Source: Callorhinchus milii (lineage: Eukaryota). From it: a DNA stretch of 60,000 nucleotides. Made by a program: the position numbers and the translations under genes. Shown one piece after another: positions 1 to 13,093 of the stretch; within the stretch, counting starts at the first letter, position 1, and each line of letters begins with the position of its first letter. Where the stretch lies: the NCBI RefSeq assembly GCF_018977255.1, contig NW_024704742.1, positions 28,956,001-29,016,000 of the forward strand. The letters run 5' to 3'. Under the pieces are notes generated by a model, which saw only the letters and a list, made by a program, of their open reading frames with translations, searched no databases and had not been told where the DNA came from.

Positions 1-157
1 ATTTCCAGACTCTCCTCTTCAACTGTGCCTTGGGTCACTCTCCTCCCTCCCTGCCCTCCACCCTCCCCGATCCTGACCCCCAGCTCGGGTCCAAAACATT
101 GATTGTCCAGCACCTCCTGACATGAAAGGCACTATACAAACATAATTTGTTGTTGAT
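1..157 (+). mobile_element. L2-clade LINE 3' end
   Basis: C-rich 3' region followed by gtccagcacc...tgaaaggcactatacaaa...ttgttgttg, the tail shared with other L2 copies in the window. Confidence 0.75.
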
Positions 158-184
158 TCTTAAGTTTAGATTGTACGTTGAATC

Positions 185-480
185 AGAAGCTCACAAAAGT
201 TGTTCAGTTGGAAAAGGCCCTTTGTCCCAATTGATATCCTTTCAGAACATAGCTACCATTTTTCCATCGCAGTTTCAAGTTTTTCTTAAATGAGTCCTCA
301 TGATGTGACTTCTACCACCCTCCCTAGTAAACCATTCCAGCTGTTGTTTACTCTATGTGAAGAAATACCTGCTCGTTTTGTCCTGAGCTTGATCTTCACA
401 ACCTTGAATCTGTGTCCTCTTATCCTGTTACTTTAGCATACTTGGAAATATTATTTGGGTTAGCTTTCTCTATCTGATTA
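185..480 (-). mobile_element. Decayed CR1 LINE 3' fragment
   Basis: Contains tctaccaccctccctagtaaaccattccag and gtgaagaaatac, the reverse complement of CR1 3'-end motifs seen in other copies here. Confidence 0.6.
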
Positions 481-499
481 TTTATTACTATCTTCTGGG

Positions 500-1075
500 G
501 GGGAGGGGAGATAAGTGAGTCTCCTTGCTTGGATTGAACCGGCTCCAAGGTGGCATGCTCGGCAATGGAATGTGGAAGTCAAGTCAACTCTCTGTGTTTG
601 TCTCAGTGGTCCGGTTCCTGAGCCAGGCACTGCCGATGGGAGACCAGCCAACCAGGCTAATCTGTAGGAATTAGAGGAGCAGACCAGTCATTGGGGATAG
701 AGATTCTTCCTATCTCAGCTTCCGTTCACCATGCGAGCCAAAACCCTAGCAGATAGGGTCCTAATTCGTTGGACCACCAAGCAGCAGGAAGCTTGTTAGA
801 CAGTGCTTTCAATGGTAACTTGTGTTCTTTTAGCTGATTAAATTCCAGCACCTCTCAAATGCATACTCTGGGGTCCCAAAGCCTTGGCTCTTGGCCCTTG
901 ATACTCTCCGGAATTAGGAAAGCAAGATACGTCCCTCCAGGGAGAGAGTGCATAATCCATTCCAATACACAGGAATTTCCATGTATAGGTGAGATGCATG
1001 GAACTTTCAGTTTGGTTTCAATATTCTTAAGCATGGTGATGGGTTTCTGCATGTGTCAGATGCTCAGCTGACCAC
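500..1075. repeat. Unclassified interspersed repeat 'X', near-complete copy
   Basis: Shares long blocks (ggctccaaggtg, ttcctgagccagg, ttccatg..catggaa, cttaagcatggtgatgggtttc) with 13400-13890, 26815-27175 and 35500-36125. Confidence 0.8.
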
Positions 1076-1184
1076 ATTTTTTTTATTAAGCATCTTAAAA
1101 GCCTCTATAAGGTCTTAGGATTTTTCTTAACACTAAGGCTTAGGCCTTAAGGGCTTTCCTTGATTTGTTTACTAGATAAATTCA

Positions 1185-1415
1185 GTGTGGCACTGAATCA
1201 TAGAGACCATGGAGGTCCCAGATTTAATCCTTAACTTGTGCTGAATCAATCATTCTTAGCTGGGATGGCAGTTGATGTGCTGCAATTGGCTAGAGAGGAA
1301 AAATTCAGCCCAAGTTCTCACTGTTGATTGCTATCTGATGGTCCCTGCTGGGCTGTGAGCATTTGTGGTCTTCAGGGAGGACAGGATCAGATTTTGCTGT
1401 GAGGTCAAGGATTGA
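1185..1415 (+). mobile_element. LF-SINE-like ancient SINE
   Basis: gaggtcccag..tgtgctga..agctggg..aattggc..gaaaaattcagcc..gattgctatc..ccctgctgg..gaggacaggatc..gctgtga is collinear with the LF-SINE consensus as I recall it. Confidence 0.7.
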
Positions 1416-2911
1416 AAAAGTGCTACTCGAAACATGAAACAAGAATTTTTATTTAGACTGTGAGTGTCAACATTTACTGAAACAGGAGATCACAAACAGC
1501 AACTCTTGTCAGTGACTGGATATGTGTTATGCCAATCTGCAGCAGCTCCACAGGGACACATTGGAATTTTCTCAGGTCGGAATGACATACATCTGGTTGC
1601 TTTATGGGACTTCCCATTATAGATATTCAATGTACCCAGCTTTAGAGAAAGGGAAACAAAAGAAAAAAATTGCTTTGTTTTGAGTTTCCTTCTCAATGCA
1701 CAGACTGACAAAATTGATGTAGAGGCTGAAGGTGATTGGCAACAAGAGGCAGGTATTAAAAATAATGTTTATAATGGTAAATTATTGGACAATGTGTATA
1801 GAATATTAGCTAGATAGGAGATGCCTCAATAGTAATCCAAGGTGTGTGTGCATGGGTGTGAGGCTTCAGATGACATCAAGAGTCACATGTTCCATCTTCA
1901 GTAGTTTTTATTCCAAGTAAAACCAAAGATCTTTAGTGCCTTTGTTCTCTATTTGAGTGGCTGAACTTAGATGAAAGATTACGTATGAGCTTCAATGGAC
2001 TGAATGACCTTTTTGGTCTCTCAACAGAAGCAATCATATACTTCCTATCCATAAAAATAATAATAGTGAAATAATACACCTTGCATTAAATATAGTACAG
2101 AAAAATATATGTCATGTTGGGGGAACATCTCAAATCGCTTCACAGAAAAGTATAGTCACTGTGTATTTTGTAGGCAAACCAAACAGCAGACTGTTTGAAA
2201 ACAGTTGTCAACATCTACCCCAGCTCAGGTACTGTGTACTGAAAGAATTTCCAGAACAGGATAGCTGTGCTCGACAAAATCTGACCAACTGATCACCTAA
2301 CCTAGTTATGTTGGTAATAATTTAGCAGGGTTGCCTTCAGCAAAGCACCTGCAGAATAACCGGTTCCTGAACATTTAACAGTCTGTGTGGATGGTGGGTT
2401 CTGCCATTGACAAGGGCAGCAATGTCGATGCTGTCTGTCCACTCACTGCCAATGTGAAATTTCTCACTGTCACTGAAGGTAACTGAGCGAAACTTCTGAA
2501 TATCCGACTAACCTTGCACGGGGTCCATTAGTCAGCCCTGGGGAGATATTTTCTACTGGTGACCTTTCCATTTCCCAGAAACACAAAAAAATTCAATAAT
2601 AATTTTGATTATCGCTATCCACATGCCTTGCACCCTTCAATCACGCTCTGGAGTCCCTTGCTGGGAATGAGTTCTACAAATGTAATGATGCTGGGCTGAA
2701 GACTTCTAAATTGCATAATTACCTTCTGCAATTCTGTGCTGAAAACACACTGAGAAGTATTTGAGGGCGTGTTATTGGGCTGCAACACACTGCAACACAA
2801 AACTGTCCGATATTTGTTCCACAGCACAAAATCTCAGAAGCAAGTGCAAACTCGGAGCACTGTGATGGAAGCAAATGCACAGTGTTGAGCATGTGACTGG
2901 TAAAAGAGGGT

Positions 2912-3275
2912 GGAGTCCTCTAGCTTTGTAGGGAGAGCACTCGCCTCAAGTGAGAGGATCTGGGTTTGATTTCCAGGCAGAGCGAAATGTTGGACAAATT
3001 TCCTAACTACACACGCCTCTGTTTACCTGGCAGTAAGTAGGAACCCGATTGTTAATCAATTTGCGGGTTGCTTTTCCAGGGTAATAATCCCTTCAAAAAA
3101 AAATATGGTCTATCAATCCACGACTGTTTGTGGAACACTGCTGTGCACAATTGGCTGCTTCATTTCGCCACAAAATATTCAGTCAATTCACTTTGCAGTA
3201 TATTCTATGAAGCCCTTTGAGACGACTCAAAGACGTGAAAAGGTGCTTCATCAAATGCAAGGATTATTATTATCA
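2912..3275 (+). mobile_element. tRNA-derived SINE, long (CORE-like) subfamily
   Basis: ggagtcc..tagct head with A/B boxes, ttgg(g)caa..cctctgtttacct..cagtaagtagg block, and an L2-like tail ending aaatgcaaggattattatt. Confidence 0.9.
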
Positions 3276-3945
3276 TTACACTCACTTTTTGAAGAGAATA
3301 ATTCACCAGTGCCTCCAGAAGTATTGAATTGTCATTTTCAATGCAATCTTTGCACTATTTTATTCTGAAAGATATGCACTTATACTGAAAGGTTTAAATC
3401 TTTGTCCGTGCTTGATTAATTGATGTGAACCGAGGCTGTGGGAGCAATATACAGGCATCCCCTTTATAGTTCAGTCATCTGAGTCTAACTCTCAATGGTA
3501 TGTAAAAACAGAGTTTAAAAAATATACTTAGCATAGGAAACATGACTGACAATATTTCTAATGTGGGAAACTGGCTGCTCACGACAGAAGCTGTAAGTAT
3601 TCCACAAGAACCCACTGTTGGAAACAAACAAACCTGAGCTCTAATAACCCTTAATAACAGGTTTGCTCCCATAATTGGCATAAGCCAATAATTGTCATGA
3701 GCTAGATTAGAGAGGGGACATAATAATTCTTGCATCTGATATAGTGCTTAGAACGTCAAAAGGTATTAAAGCGCTTCAAAAGCAGAAGATCACAAAGAGA
3801 AGGAGGAGCCAGGGTAACCTTAAAATTGATCCATTGGATTTATGTGTTTTATGTGTTTACTTCAGGGAAAGAGAATTGGGCCAAACATGATCCACTCCCA
3901 CCCCTCACCCCCCACCATATAGACTACTGACACTCATAGTCAAGT

Positions 3946-4318
3946 GGAGTCCTGTAGCTTAGTAGTTAGAGCGCTCGCCTCGCAAACGAGAGGCCCTTAG
4001 TTTGATTCCCAGCAGGTTGAATGGTGGGCAAGTTTCCTTACTCCACTCGCCTGTTTACCTAGCAGTAAGTAGGAACCCAGTTGTTAGTCAATCGGTGGAT
4101 CACTTTTCCGGGAGTAATAATTTATTCAAAATAAATAAAAATAATTTGGTCACACAATCCACGACTGTTTGTGGGACACTGCTCTTCGCAATTGGCTGCC
4201 ACGTTTTGCCCACAAAATATAAAGTCAATTCACTTTACATTATATTCTGTGAAGCACTTTGAGACGTCTCGAAGATATGATAAGGCGCTGTAGCAAACGC
4301 AAGGATTATTTATTATTA
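3946..4318 (+). mobile_element. tRNA-derived SINE, long subfamily
   Basis: Same architecture as 2912-3275; ends about 195 bp upstream of exon 2. Confidence 0.9.
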
Positions 4319-4512
4319 TGATAGTCTCAAACATCAGGAACTGCTGCTTGGTTAAGGTACTTGAAGATGGCCAGTACCTGTTGAGTCAGCAAGTTTATAA
4401 AATGGGAGTTGTGGGAATAGGGTGGAGGAACCATTAAAAAGGTCAAGGGATTGTAAGAATCTTCGAAGTGTAACTTGTTTATTTTTTTTTCTTTGTTCCT
4501 TTCTTTTGACAG

Positions 4513-4639
4513 GAGCACTATCGTACGCTGAACTAGGGACGAGTATAAAAAAATCCGGGGGTCATTATATCTACATACTAGAAGCCTTTGGGCCACTCAC
4601 TGCTTTTGTCATGCTCTGGGTGGAATTGATCGTCATACG
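4513..4639 (+). CDS. slc7a11: Cystine/glutamate transporter xCT, internal exon (exon 2 equivalent, 127 bp)
   Basis: ttttgacAG|GA GCA CTA TCG TAC...ATA CG|GTgagt. Encodes (G)[42 protein letters not shown], matching vertebrate xCT (human [43 protein letters not shown]). Confidence 0.96.
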
Positions 4640-4674
4640 GTGAGTAGATTTCCAGACCCTCAGTGCTTACATTC

Positions 4675-5740
4675 CAAACAACAATTTACATTTTTATAGC
4701 GCCCTTCACTGTCCTTCACAAGGACAGTGTCATTGCCGAGCAAGGGAGGTGGGGGAAGGCAAGGTGACCGTAGGCACAGTCAATGAGGTAGAAAAAGAGG
4801 GAGGACGAGGCAGAGAGGTAGAGGGGGATGAGTTCCAAAATGTGCAATCATCGATGATGGGACAGAGGACACGCAGCAGGCCCAAGTTTGCCAAACAGAA
4901 GAGATGAACAGAAGAATGGAGTAGAAGAAGATCACAGAGATAGGGAGGAGGTAGACTGTCCTTGAAATTGGTCCATTGGGAACCAGGGGACCAGTGGAGT
5001 CTGGTGAGAACTGGGTTAATTGGCAAGAAGTGTTTAGTTCAGGTGAGGATGAGGGCAGTTGGAATAACAACAACAACTTATATAGCGCCCACCACACAGG
5101 GTAGCATCTCAGAGCTCTTAACAGTAGCAGAGCCTGACTCTGAGCCGGTGGGGAGATGACCGTAAACACAGTCAAAAAGGAAGGTTTTCAGGTGGGATTT
5201 GAAAAAGGGGCGAGAGGGGGCAAGGCGGAGGGATTGAAGGTTTCGGAGCGTAGTGGCTGAATGCTTGACTTCCAATGGAGGAGCGGATGGTGCGATGTAT
5301 AAGCAGGAGGCCGGTGCCAGTCGAGCGGAGGTGCCAGGTGGTGAATTGGGGAGGGCGGAGGTCGGAAAGGTAGGGAGGATCAAGGGAGTGAAGGGATTTG
5401 AACAAGAGTATGAGGATCTTGAAGTCAATCTATTTGCTGATGAGGAGCCAGTGGAGCCTGGCCAGAAGTGATGAGATGGGAGTACGGAGTTTGGTCTGGG
5501 TCAGTATGCAGGCAAACATGAAAAACATGAATGAAGTCTTCAGCAGCATTTTATATGAGATAGGAACCCGAAGCAGGCAATGTGGCAAAGAAAAGCAGTC
5601 TTGTCAAGGACCGAATGTGAGGAAGGAAAGCTGTGGATCGAATTTAATGCTAAGGTTGAGTACTGGTTCATTGACTTTGGGAGAGAGCCCGGGGAGGTTG
5701 CGATCAGAGCTAGAAATGAGGAACAGGGACAAATGCATTT
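4675..5740 (-). mobile_element. Two adjacent L2 LINE 3' fragments
   Basis: Two (caa)n tails at ~4677 and ~5065. Minus-strand translations include PINPVLTRLHW and [10 protein letters not shown], typical of the L2 ORF2 C-terminus. Confidence 0.85.
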
Positions 5741-6274
5741 TTTTTCCTGCCTAGTATAAAACTTCAAACAATGTTCCGGTCTGCAAACTGCATTTATGTT
5801 AATATTCAAATTCATATGAATCATACACAATTGAAAATCTCTTATATATGCTCATTATCAAGGGGTTGAGTTCTGACTTATATCAGGGGTTTGCACCTTT
5901 AGTGGGATATTTTGCTCTTCTGGATTCTTTGAATGTGGAATTAATTAAAACAAAGGTTTTAAAACAGAGATGGCAATTGCACACATGTGAACAAATAGTT
6001 GAATGGACTCCTTCTGTGCTGAAAAAATCTATGTTGCAATCCAAATAGCCTGAAAATCTCCTTATTATGGCTCCTGGCTTGTGACTCAGTTTGATTAAAC
6101 AAAATACAGTAGGGTTAAAAAAAAAGTTGTTAGAGCTGATATACTAAATAACACCAATGGTACTGATAAATGGATCACTGATAAAAGCACCCAGTCAATG
6201 TATTAAATTACTGACTGGCCCACGGTGGTGCTGGAAATGGAGCACCTCTCCCTTCCCTGGACCTGCCATTATTG

Positions 6275-6680
6275 TGTGTCAGCCTAGTACAGTAGGTAGC
6301 ACTCTCACCTCTGAATCAGAAGATTGTGGGTTCAAGTCCCATGCCGGGATTTAAAATCACATAGTCTTGGCTGACACTCCAATGCAGTGCTGGGGGTGTG
6401 TTGCATTGTCGGAGTTGCAGTTCTTTAGATGAGACGTTAAACCAAAGTCCCTTCTGCCTGTTCAGGTGAATGCTGAAGATCCCTTGGCACTATTGGAAAA
6501 GAGAAGGGAGTTTCTCCCAGTGTCCTGGCTAACAATCCTCCAAATGGTCAGTTATTCCATGGCTGTTTGTGGGACATTGCTATGAGCAATTGACTGCCGC
6601 ATTTCGCCCACAAAATCCAAAATCAATCCGTTTTACAATATATCCTGTGATCCATTTTGGGACATCGCAATAATGTGATA
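6275..6680 (+). mobile_element. DeuSINE (SacSINE1-like)
   Basis: tRNA head ggtagcactctcacctctgaatcagaagattgtgggttcaagtccc, then the Deu domain gatgagacgttaaacc..gatccc.tggcactatt..gtgtcctggc and an L2-type tail. Confidence 0.85.
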
Positions 6681-7002
6681 ATAATAATAATAATAATAAT
6701 AATCCTTGCATTTGATATAGCGCTTTTCACGTCGGGAGGACGTCCCAAAGCGCTTCACAGAACACACTGTAAAGTGAATTGACTGTATATTTGTGGGCGA
6801 ACGCGGCAGCCAATTGCGCACAGCAATGTCCCACAAACAGTCGTGGATTGAAAATGACCAATTTATTATTGTTTTTGGTTTTGGAGGATTATTATTAGGC
6901 GTGTGGAGTAAGGAAACTTGCCCAAGGTTTCGCCCTGCCTGGAATTGAACTCAGGTCTCTAGCTTGCAAAGCGAGTGCTCAACCACTGAGCTACAGGACT
7001 CC
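6681..7002 (-). mobile_element. tRNA-Ala-derived SINE, short subfamily, full length and young
   Basis: Reverse complement reads ggagtcctgtagctcagtggttgagcactcgctttgcaagc...ttcaattccagg...aaatgcaaggattattatt, with an anticodon-like TGC. Confidence 0.92.
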
Positions 7003-7020
7003 GAATGAGGCACTACATCA

Positions 7021-7228
7021 AATAATAATCCCTCTCCAAAACAAAAGCAATAATAAATAGGTCATTTTCAGTCCACGACTGTTTGTGGGACATTGCTGTG
7101 CGCAATTGGCTGTCACGTTTCACCCACAAGTATACAGTCAATTCACTTAACGGCATATTCTGTGAAGTGCTTTGCGACGTCTAGAAGACATGAAAAGAGC
7201 TATATCAAATGCAACGATTATTATTATC
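7021..7228 (+). mobile_element. 5'-truncated tRNA SINE nested in a DeuSINE tail
   Basis: SINE 3' half flanked by atcaaat on both sides, a candidate target-site duplication. Confidence 0.85.
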
Positions 7229-8419
7229 AAATGCAAGAATTATTGTTATTTTTATTATGATTGTTGATTCAGAAGCAAGCCTTTTGTGATGGTCAGCCTT
7301 TTACTCTTTCAAGGTCAGTAAAATGACTACCATGTCTATAGCTGTCCCCTAGAAGGAAACCATTCAGCCCATCAAACCTATACTGGTGTAAGCTGCCCCA
7401 TTTTAGCTATCTAATAGGTACAATCTAATAGCTATCTCCCTGCTCTTTTCGGTGCCCTTTTACATTGTTCCTTATGTTCATCTTCGGAATATTTTTATAG
7501 CTTTTCCTCACCACTTTTGAGTTGGAGTGCAATTGTTTCAGCTGTCAGTTTCAAAGATATCATTAAAGAGGCCAGGGCAAGTTATTATTCCTGGTGTGCT
7601 ACTGCTGAATAGTGTCAACGCTGGCATTGTTGAAACAAATTAATGTGTTTAATCCCTCCCTTTTCTCCCTCCCCCCCCCCATTAACAGCAGCACAGGATT
7701 CTCTCATGCCTATGCAGAGACCACAGACAGACAAATCTTAATTAACGTGGGCAGAGTGGCAAAGAAAGCTTGGCAACAGTGAACATCTCGGAGATGACAT
7801 AGCCAAATTGCATCACACCACTGAAGTTCTTTATACCACCTCAATATCTTTATTAGGACTCCAGTCCATAATTGGCTGGGATCATTGGTGACCTTTTATA
7901 AAGAGGGAGAATGCCGTTAAGTAAAGTCATTGGCATTGTTTAGTCATTGATTCCCCTTCCTCTCAAATACAGGTCTAGTCACACACAAATGTATTAGAAG
8001 GCTACTTAAATTTAAAGGTAATGCAACAGAGGAAATATTCTCAATATAAAGTATTAAATGCTACTGAAATATGTAAATCAAACTTTTCTCCAAAGGCATG
8101 CTATTTCAATGGATGTTAAAACTAGTATCATTGTTGAGAAATATAAACTCGAGCAGAAAACTGGGAAAAATTGTACAAAATAGTCGTAAATGTAAGCTTT
8201 AATTTGCAGTTCATTGTATTGATTAAACTTTTAAGCACATAAGTAATTAGTAATTGATGTGCGGAAGTCTCTTAATTGACTGCTAATTTGCACAAATCTT
8301 CTGTTATTGAGTAAGAATGTTTGCTTGATGTTGTTTAATGAGCGGCTCACTTTAGCTTTCATGACTCAAACAACAGTTTCAAATACTACAGATTCCCATC
8401 ATACTGAAGTCATACTGAA

Positions 8420-8790
8420 GCAATAATAGTGTTCTGCTCAGGACACACCCAGAGTATTGCATATAGTTCTGATTACTACGACAGAAAAGGGTTATCCATG
8501 CTCTAGACGCAGGCTAGAGGAGAGCAAGAGGACAATTCACAATATTAGAGGAATGAGCTATAAATAATTAGGTATGAGGGTATATGTTTGGCTTTGCAAA
8601 GAGAAGTATTTCTTTACCCAGAGGATAATTAATGGTTGAAGTAGGTTACCAGGAAGGGTGATTGAGGCCAGGGCACTGGAATCATTTAAAAAATAATTTG
8701 ATGCTGTGATAGGAGAATGGTACGGTTGGTAAACTGGAAGGATGAGATCAAATGGGCCAAAAGACCAAACCAATCTTGTGATTGTGTGAT
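8420..8790 (+). mobile_element. CR1 LINE 3' fragment
   Basis: gagtattgcatatagttctg, ttctttacccagagg and gtgattgaggc motifs of CR1 3' ends. Confidence 0.65.
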
Positions 8791-9474
8791 AGCTGCGGTG
8801 GCAATTGCCTTAAAGAATTTCAGTTCAATGCTTCAGGTGGAGCTTCATTCAAGATACTTCAGACATCCTTTTGCAATGACCCAAAGTTTAACCCACTGTT
8901 GTTTCTCGCAATAATTTAATTTGTTGTCATCAGTTGCTTCATGTTTCTTTTTTGCAAATCCTTGAGCAAATAGAACAGGGAATGCACACTCCAAAGGATC
9001 CAGTGGAAGGTTATACCCAAAGAAATATCTTAATGTAGAACATGCAATGAAAGATATTTCTGAGTTTTAATATTACCGGTGACACCACCTATTGACCGCA
9101 AAATAATATTGCTCAAGATAGGAAGATAATCAGCTCTTCCTATTGATGTCCATATAACAGTGACTGTTAAAGTAGAACATTGGGATCATTCTATTGGTCT
9201 GTTGGGTATATATATGAAGCAATTCCATGCAAGAAAAAAACAATTTTTATTGGAGGTCAATAATGATATCTAGCAGATCCATTCTTCCAGCATGGGTTTG
9301 TTTTTCATGTGTCGACCATCAGCACATTAAAAGAGATTAGCATTACAACCATGTGCCCGGTACATTGGACTGAAATATTATAGCACTAAAGACCACATGG
9401 AGAAAGTTCACAGCCCAGGTGAGTTGCAAAGGATTTTAGTATTTGCGCACTCAGTGTGACCTACCATTATTGCA

Positions 9475-9640
9475 TTTGATTCAAGACTGAGGTGGATAGA
9501 TTTCTGTTAGCTAAGGATATCAAGGGATATGGCGCAAGGATGGGCAATTGGAATTGAGGTACAGATCAGCCATGATCTATAGAACAGTGGAACAGGCTCA
9601 AGGGACTGATTGCCTACTCCTGTTCCTATGTTCCTATGAT
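9475..9640 (+). mobile_element. CR1 LINE 3' terminus
   Basis: gatagatttctg..atcaagggatatgg..agatcagccatgatct..cctactcctgttcctatgttcctatg, ending in the terminal 8-mer repeat. Confidence 0.8.
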
Positions 9641-10229
9641 TGTCCCTGTTCCTGCTCCCCATATTATGTCGGGAATTCTACCTTAGTCATTTATATTAAA
9701 ATCAGACAGTCTTTGAGGGGGGAGAGCAAATTGATAGATAGGTTGTGGAAGAGAAGGGATGTTTTGCAACAGCAATTTTTTAAAAAGCAATTTCACTGGG
9801 GGAATTGCCAGCACTGATACAACAAGTCTCCGACATCCAAGTCCTTGTTTTCTTAAATTCACGGCAGCCCAGAAAATAAAAGATGGGAGCATTGACTGAT
9901 TAGAAAGCTGCAATGCCACTTTGGTCTCTTTTGGGGTGAGGGGTTCACTCTTAAAGTATTAATATTTTCAACTGGATCATTAGTGATTCGGGCTGTAGCA
10001 ATTCATTACGTTGACATCCCAACATTCTTCTGATTATTGAAGTGATTAATTACGGATTGCATCCTAAATAGATCTAGCTTCCTGCTTAATGCCCTAGTTA
10101 CATTACAGGAGTGATGTGACATCGCTTGCAGTATGAAAGCGATTTGTAACGGAACACCAAAATTGCATTAGTCACTGCAAGTTTCGCTTGCCTGTGGCTA
10201 AGTTCACAGAACATTCTGGGTGTTTGTAA

Positions 10230-10665
10230 CTAATAATAATAATCCTTGCATTTGATATAGCACCTTATCAAGTCATTGAGATGTCTCAAAGCTCTTCACA
10301 GGATATACTGCAAAGTAGTTTTGACTGTATTTTTGGAGTGAAACCAGACAGCCAGTTTTCGCACACAAACAGCCATAAAGCAAATGACCAATTTTAGTTT
10401 TGGGGATTGTGGTCCAGGACACTGGGAGAAACTCCCTTCTGTTTTCAAATAGTGCCATGGGATCTTTAACACCCACCTGAAAAGGTAGACAGGACATTGG
10501 TTAAACATTGGTTAACATCTCATCTGTACTTGCGTCAATGTGGTGCACCCCCAGCTCTGCAATGGAGTGTCAGCTTGGATGATGTGATTATAAGTCACAA
10601 TGTGGGTCTTCAACCCCAAAATCTTCTGACTCAGAGGCAAAGGTGCTACCACTGAGCCAGGCTGC
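10230..10665 (-). mobile_element. DeuSINE, full length
   Basis: Reverse complement of 6275-6680: atagtgccatgggatctttaac, ttctgactcagagg and accactgagcc. Confidence 0.85.
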
Positions 10666-10874
10666 TACAACTAATAATAAAAAATAATAATCCTTGCATT
10701 TGATATAGCGCCTTATCATGTTGTTGAGACTATTGTTTCACAGGATATACTGTAAAGTGTAGTGACTGTGTGGTTTGTGAGTGAAACACTGCAGCCAATT
10801 GCACAGAGCAGTGACCCACAAACAGTCATGAATTCAGTGACTAAATTATTATTATCATCTAAGACACTTTCTGG

Positions 10875-10978
10875 CACTCACTCTCACACACTCTTTCTCA
10901 CAATCTATCTCGCTATCTCACATTCTCTCTCGCACACTCTCTCTTACACTCTCTCACACTCTCTCTCTCACTCTCTAT
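10875..10978. repeat. (CT/CA) microsatellite
   Basis: Runs such as ctctcacacactctttctcac. Confidence 0.85.
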
Positions 10979-11177
10979 TTCTAATTAAATGCACGTGCAG
11001 AGTTCAAGTTCCCAGCACTGAACATTGTGCTTTTTAGTTTACTTATTAGAAATAGGAGTGCAGCCAGCATGCCAAACAGTAATAAAAATATTTTGAAGTG
11101 TGGTCAGAAACTTTTGAACCCTTTTTGAGGGTGTATAAGTTTTGTTACATCACTTGTGGTAACAACAGTTCCTACAT

Positions 11178-11488
11178 AATAATAATAATAAACCTTGGAC
11201 TTGATATGGTGCTTTTTGACGTCTTCTAGACGTCTCAAAGCGCTTCACAGAATAGACTGCAAAGTGAATTGACCGTATATTTGTGGGCGAAACGCGGCAA
11301 CCAATTGCACCCAGCAGTGTCCCACAAACAGTCGTGGATTGAAAATGACCAATTTATTATTGTTTTGTTTTGGAGGGATTATTATCAGGCGTGTGGAGTA
11401 AGGAAACTTGTCCAAGGTTTCCTCCTGCCTGCCTGCAAGTGTCTCGCTTGCAAGGCGAGTGCTCTAACCACAGAGCTACAGGTCTCCA
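11178..11488 (-). mobile_element. tRNA SINE, short subfamily
   Basis: Near identical to 6681-7002. Confidence 0.9.
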
Positions 11489-13093
11489 CTTGCACATCTG
11501 TTTGCACTGGTTGGTTCAATCCTGGAGCAGAGCTCAACTCAAAATCAAAGGCAGTTAACCTCAAGTCAAACCAGTGTTGTACTAAAATATTAGCAATGAT
11601 TGAATGTGGGAATTGCCTGGAATCAATGTGAAAAGTGCATTACTCTTTAATTGAGGCACTCAATTGTGTTGTTCAGAGATTCATTATACTTGTATAGTGA
11701 TGTGTCATTATCACATTGAGTGAAAACTGTTCCACTCTGCATGTTTATCTTATACTATTGACGTCTTTCATGACGTCCAAGCCTGATTGCACTGCTCATT
11801 GGTCTCTCCAACTCTTCCCTGCACAGTTTGCACACTTTCCAGCTTGTGTCCTATCTTGCACCAGGCTCCACAAGCCTATCATCCTTATCCTTATTCAGCT
11901 TGAATGGCTCCTTATCCCACAATATCCAGTTGAAAAACAATGTAGGCAATTGTCTCAAATTTGCGTGGGATCTGGTATTGTACCTGAATTGGCTAGCTTT
12001 AGGTTTGAAGAACTTTAGGGTAGAAGCAGGTGCTTGTAATAGAAAGTACCAGTAAAGGAATATTCCTAGTAATAATAAGCATTATTAATAGAAAGTACTG
12101 CATTATTATTGGTAAGTTGGCAAGTTCAAAGTACTATTATTGTAGTATTATTGTGATATTTTTAATAGAAAGCCTCTATTAGTGATAAATGGTGTCACGT
12201 AAGAACTACTAATGAAAAGTAATATTGACGGCAGGTGCTAGAAATTGGAACTACAAATAATAGTACAGTAACTGTACCACAAATGAAAAATGCTAGAACT
12301 TAGAAGTGATTAGCCTGGATGATTCTCAAATCCATACCAACATGAATTAGTTAAAAAAACTGCAGTCACCTCTGAAAAACATCTTCATATCCTTCAGCAC
12401 TCCTCTACATCCATTCCACTGAAGTGAGTGCACAATGAGCTTTGTAAATGTAAATCAATTACTTCATTTTCAAAATAGAATTATCAGCTGGTTTTGTCAC
12501 TATTCACACAATGCTTGTTTCCGGCAAAATAAAGCTGGCAAAATATGGAATAAAATCAGTGGCTCCCTCTTTATGCACTGTACAGAGCAGCAGAGAATGA
12601 AGTCTTGCAGAGCTAAAAGATGCAGGGGGTTTGGCTTGATGATAGATTTATTTCATGTTTTATGGTATTATCTGACCCTCACTTCCATATGTTACAAATA
12701 TATGTGATGCTCCTGAGCAGTTCAGTCTAATGAAATTCTAAGCAAGACATTTAGCATGCTAAACTCCACAATACCAAACAAACATCCCTGCGTAAATTGC
12801 CTGCTCTGTTCGCCCACAACAAAACGTAGCCATTACACTTCACACCATATCTTGAGAAGCGCTTTGAGATGTCCTCCTGACATGAAAGACACTTTACGAT
12901 AATATAATAATTATCATTATTATTTCATTTCCTTCACTTCTGAATTAAGACTGAATTAAAAAAAAATGCAACATTCTTGAGTTTTAAGACAATGGTCTCA
13001 ATACTAAGATTACGTGAAATCTTGGGTCGCTGGCTCTTTAATGATCTTCTCAAAGGTGAGCAGAATTTAATTTATTGTGCTTTTTTCCGACAG

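Noticed and set aside
6930..7002. tRNA-Ala(TGC) gene
   Set aside because: The tRNA-like head is fused to a SINE body and tail, is present in many diverged copies, and has no proper acceptor stem.
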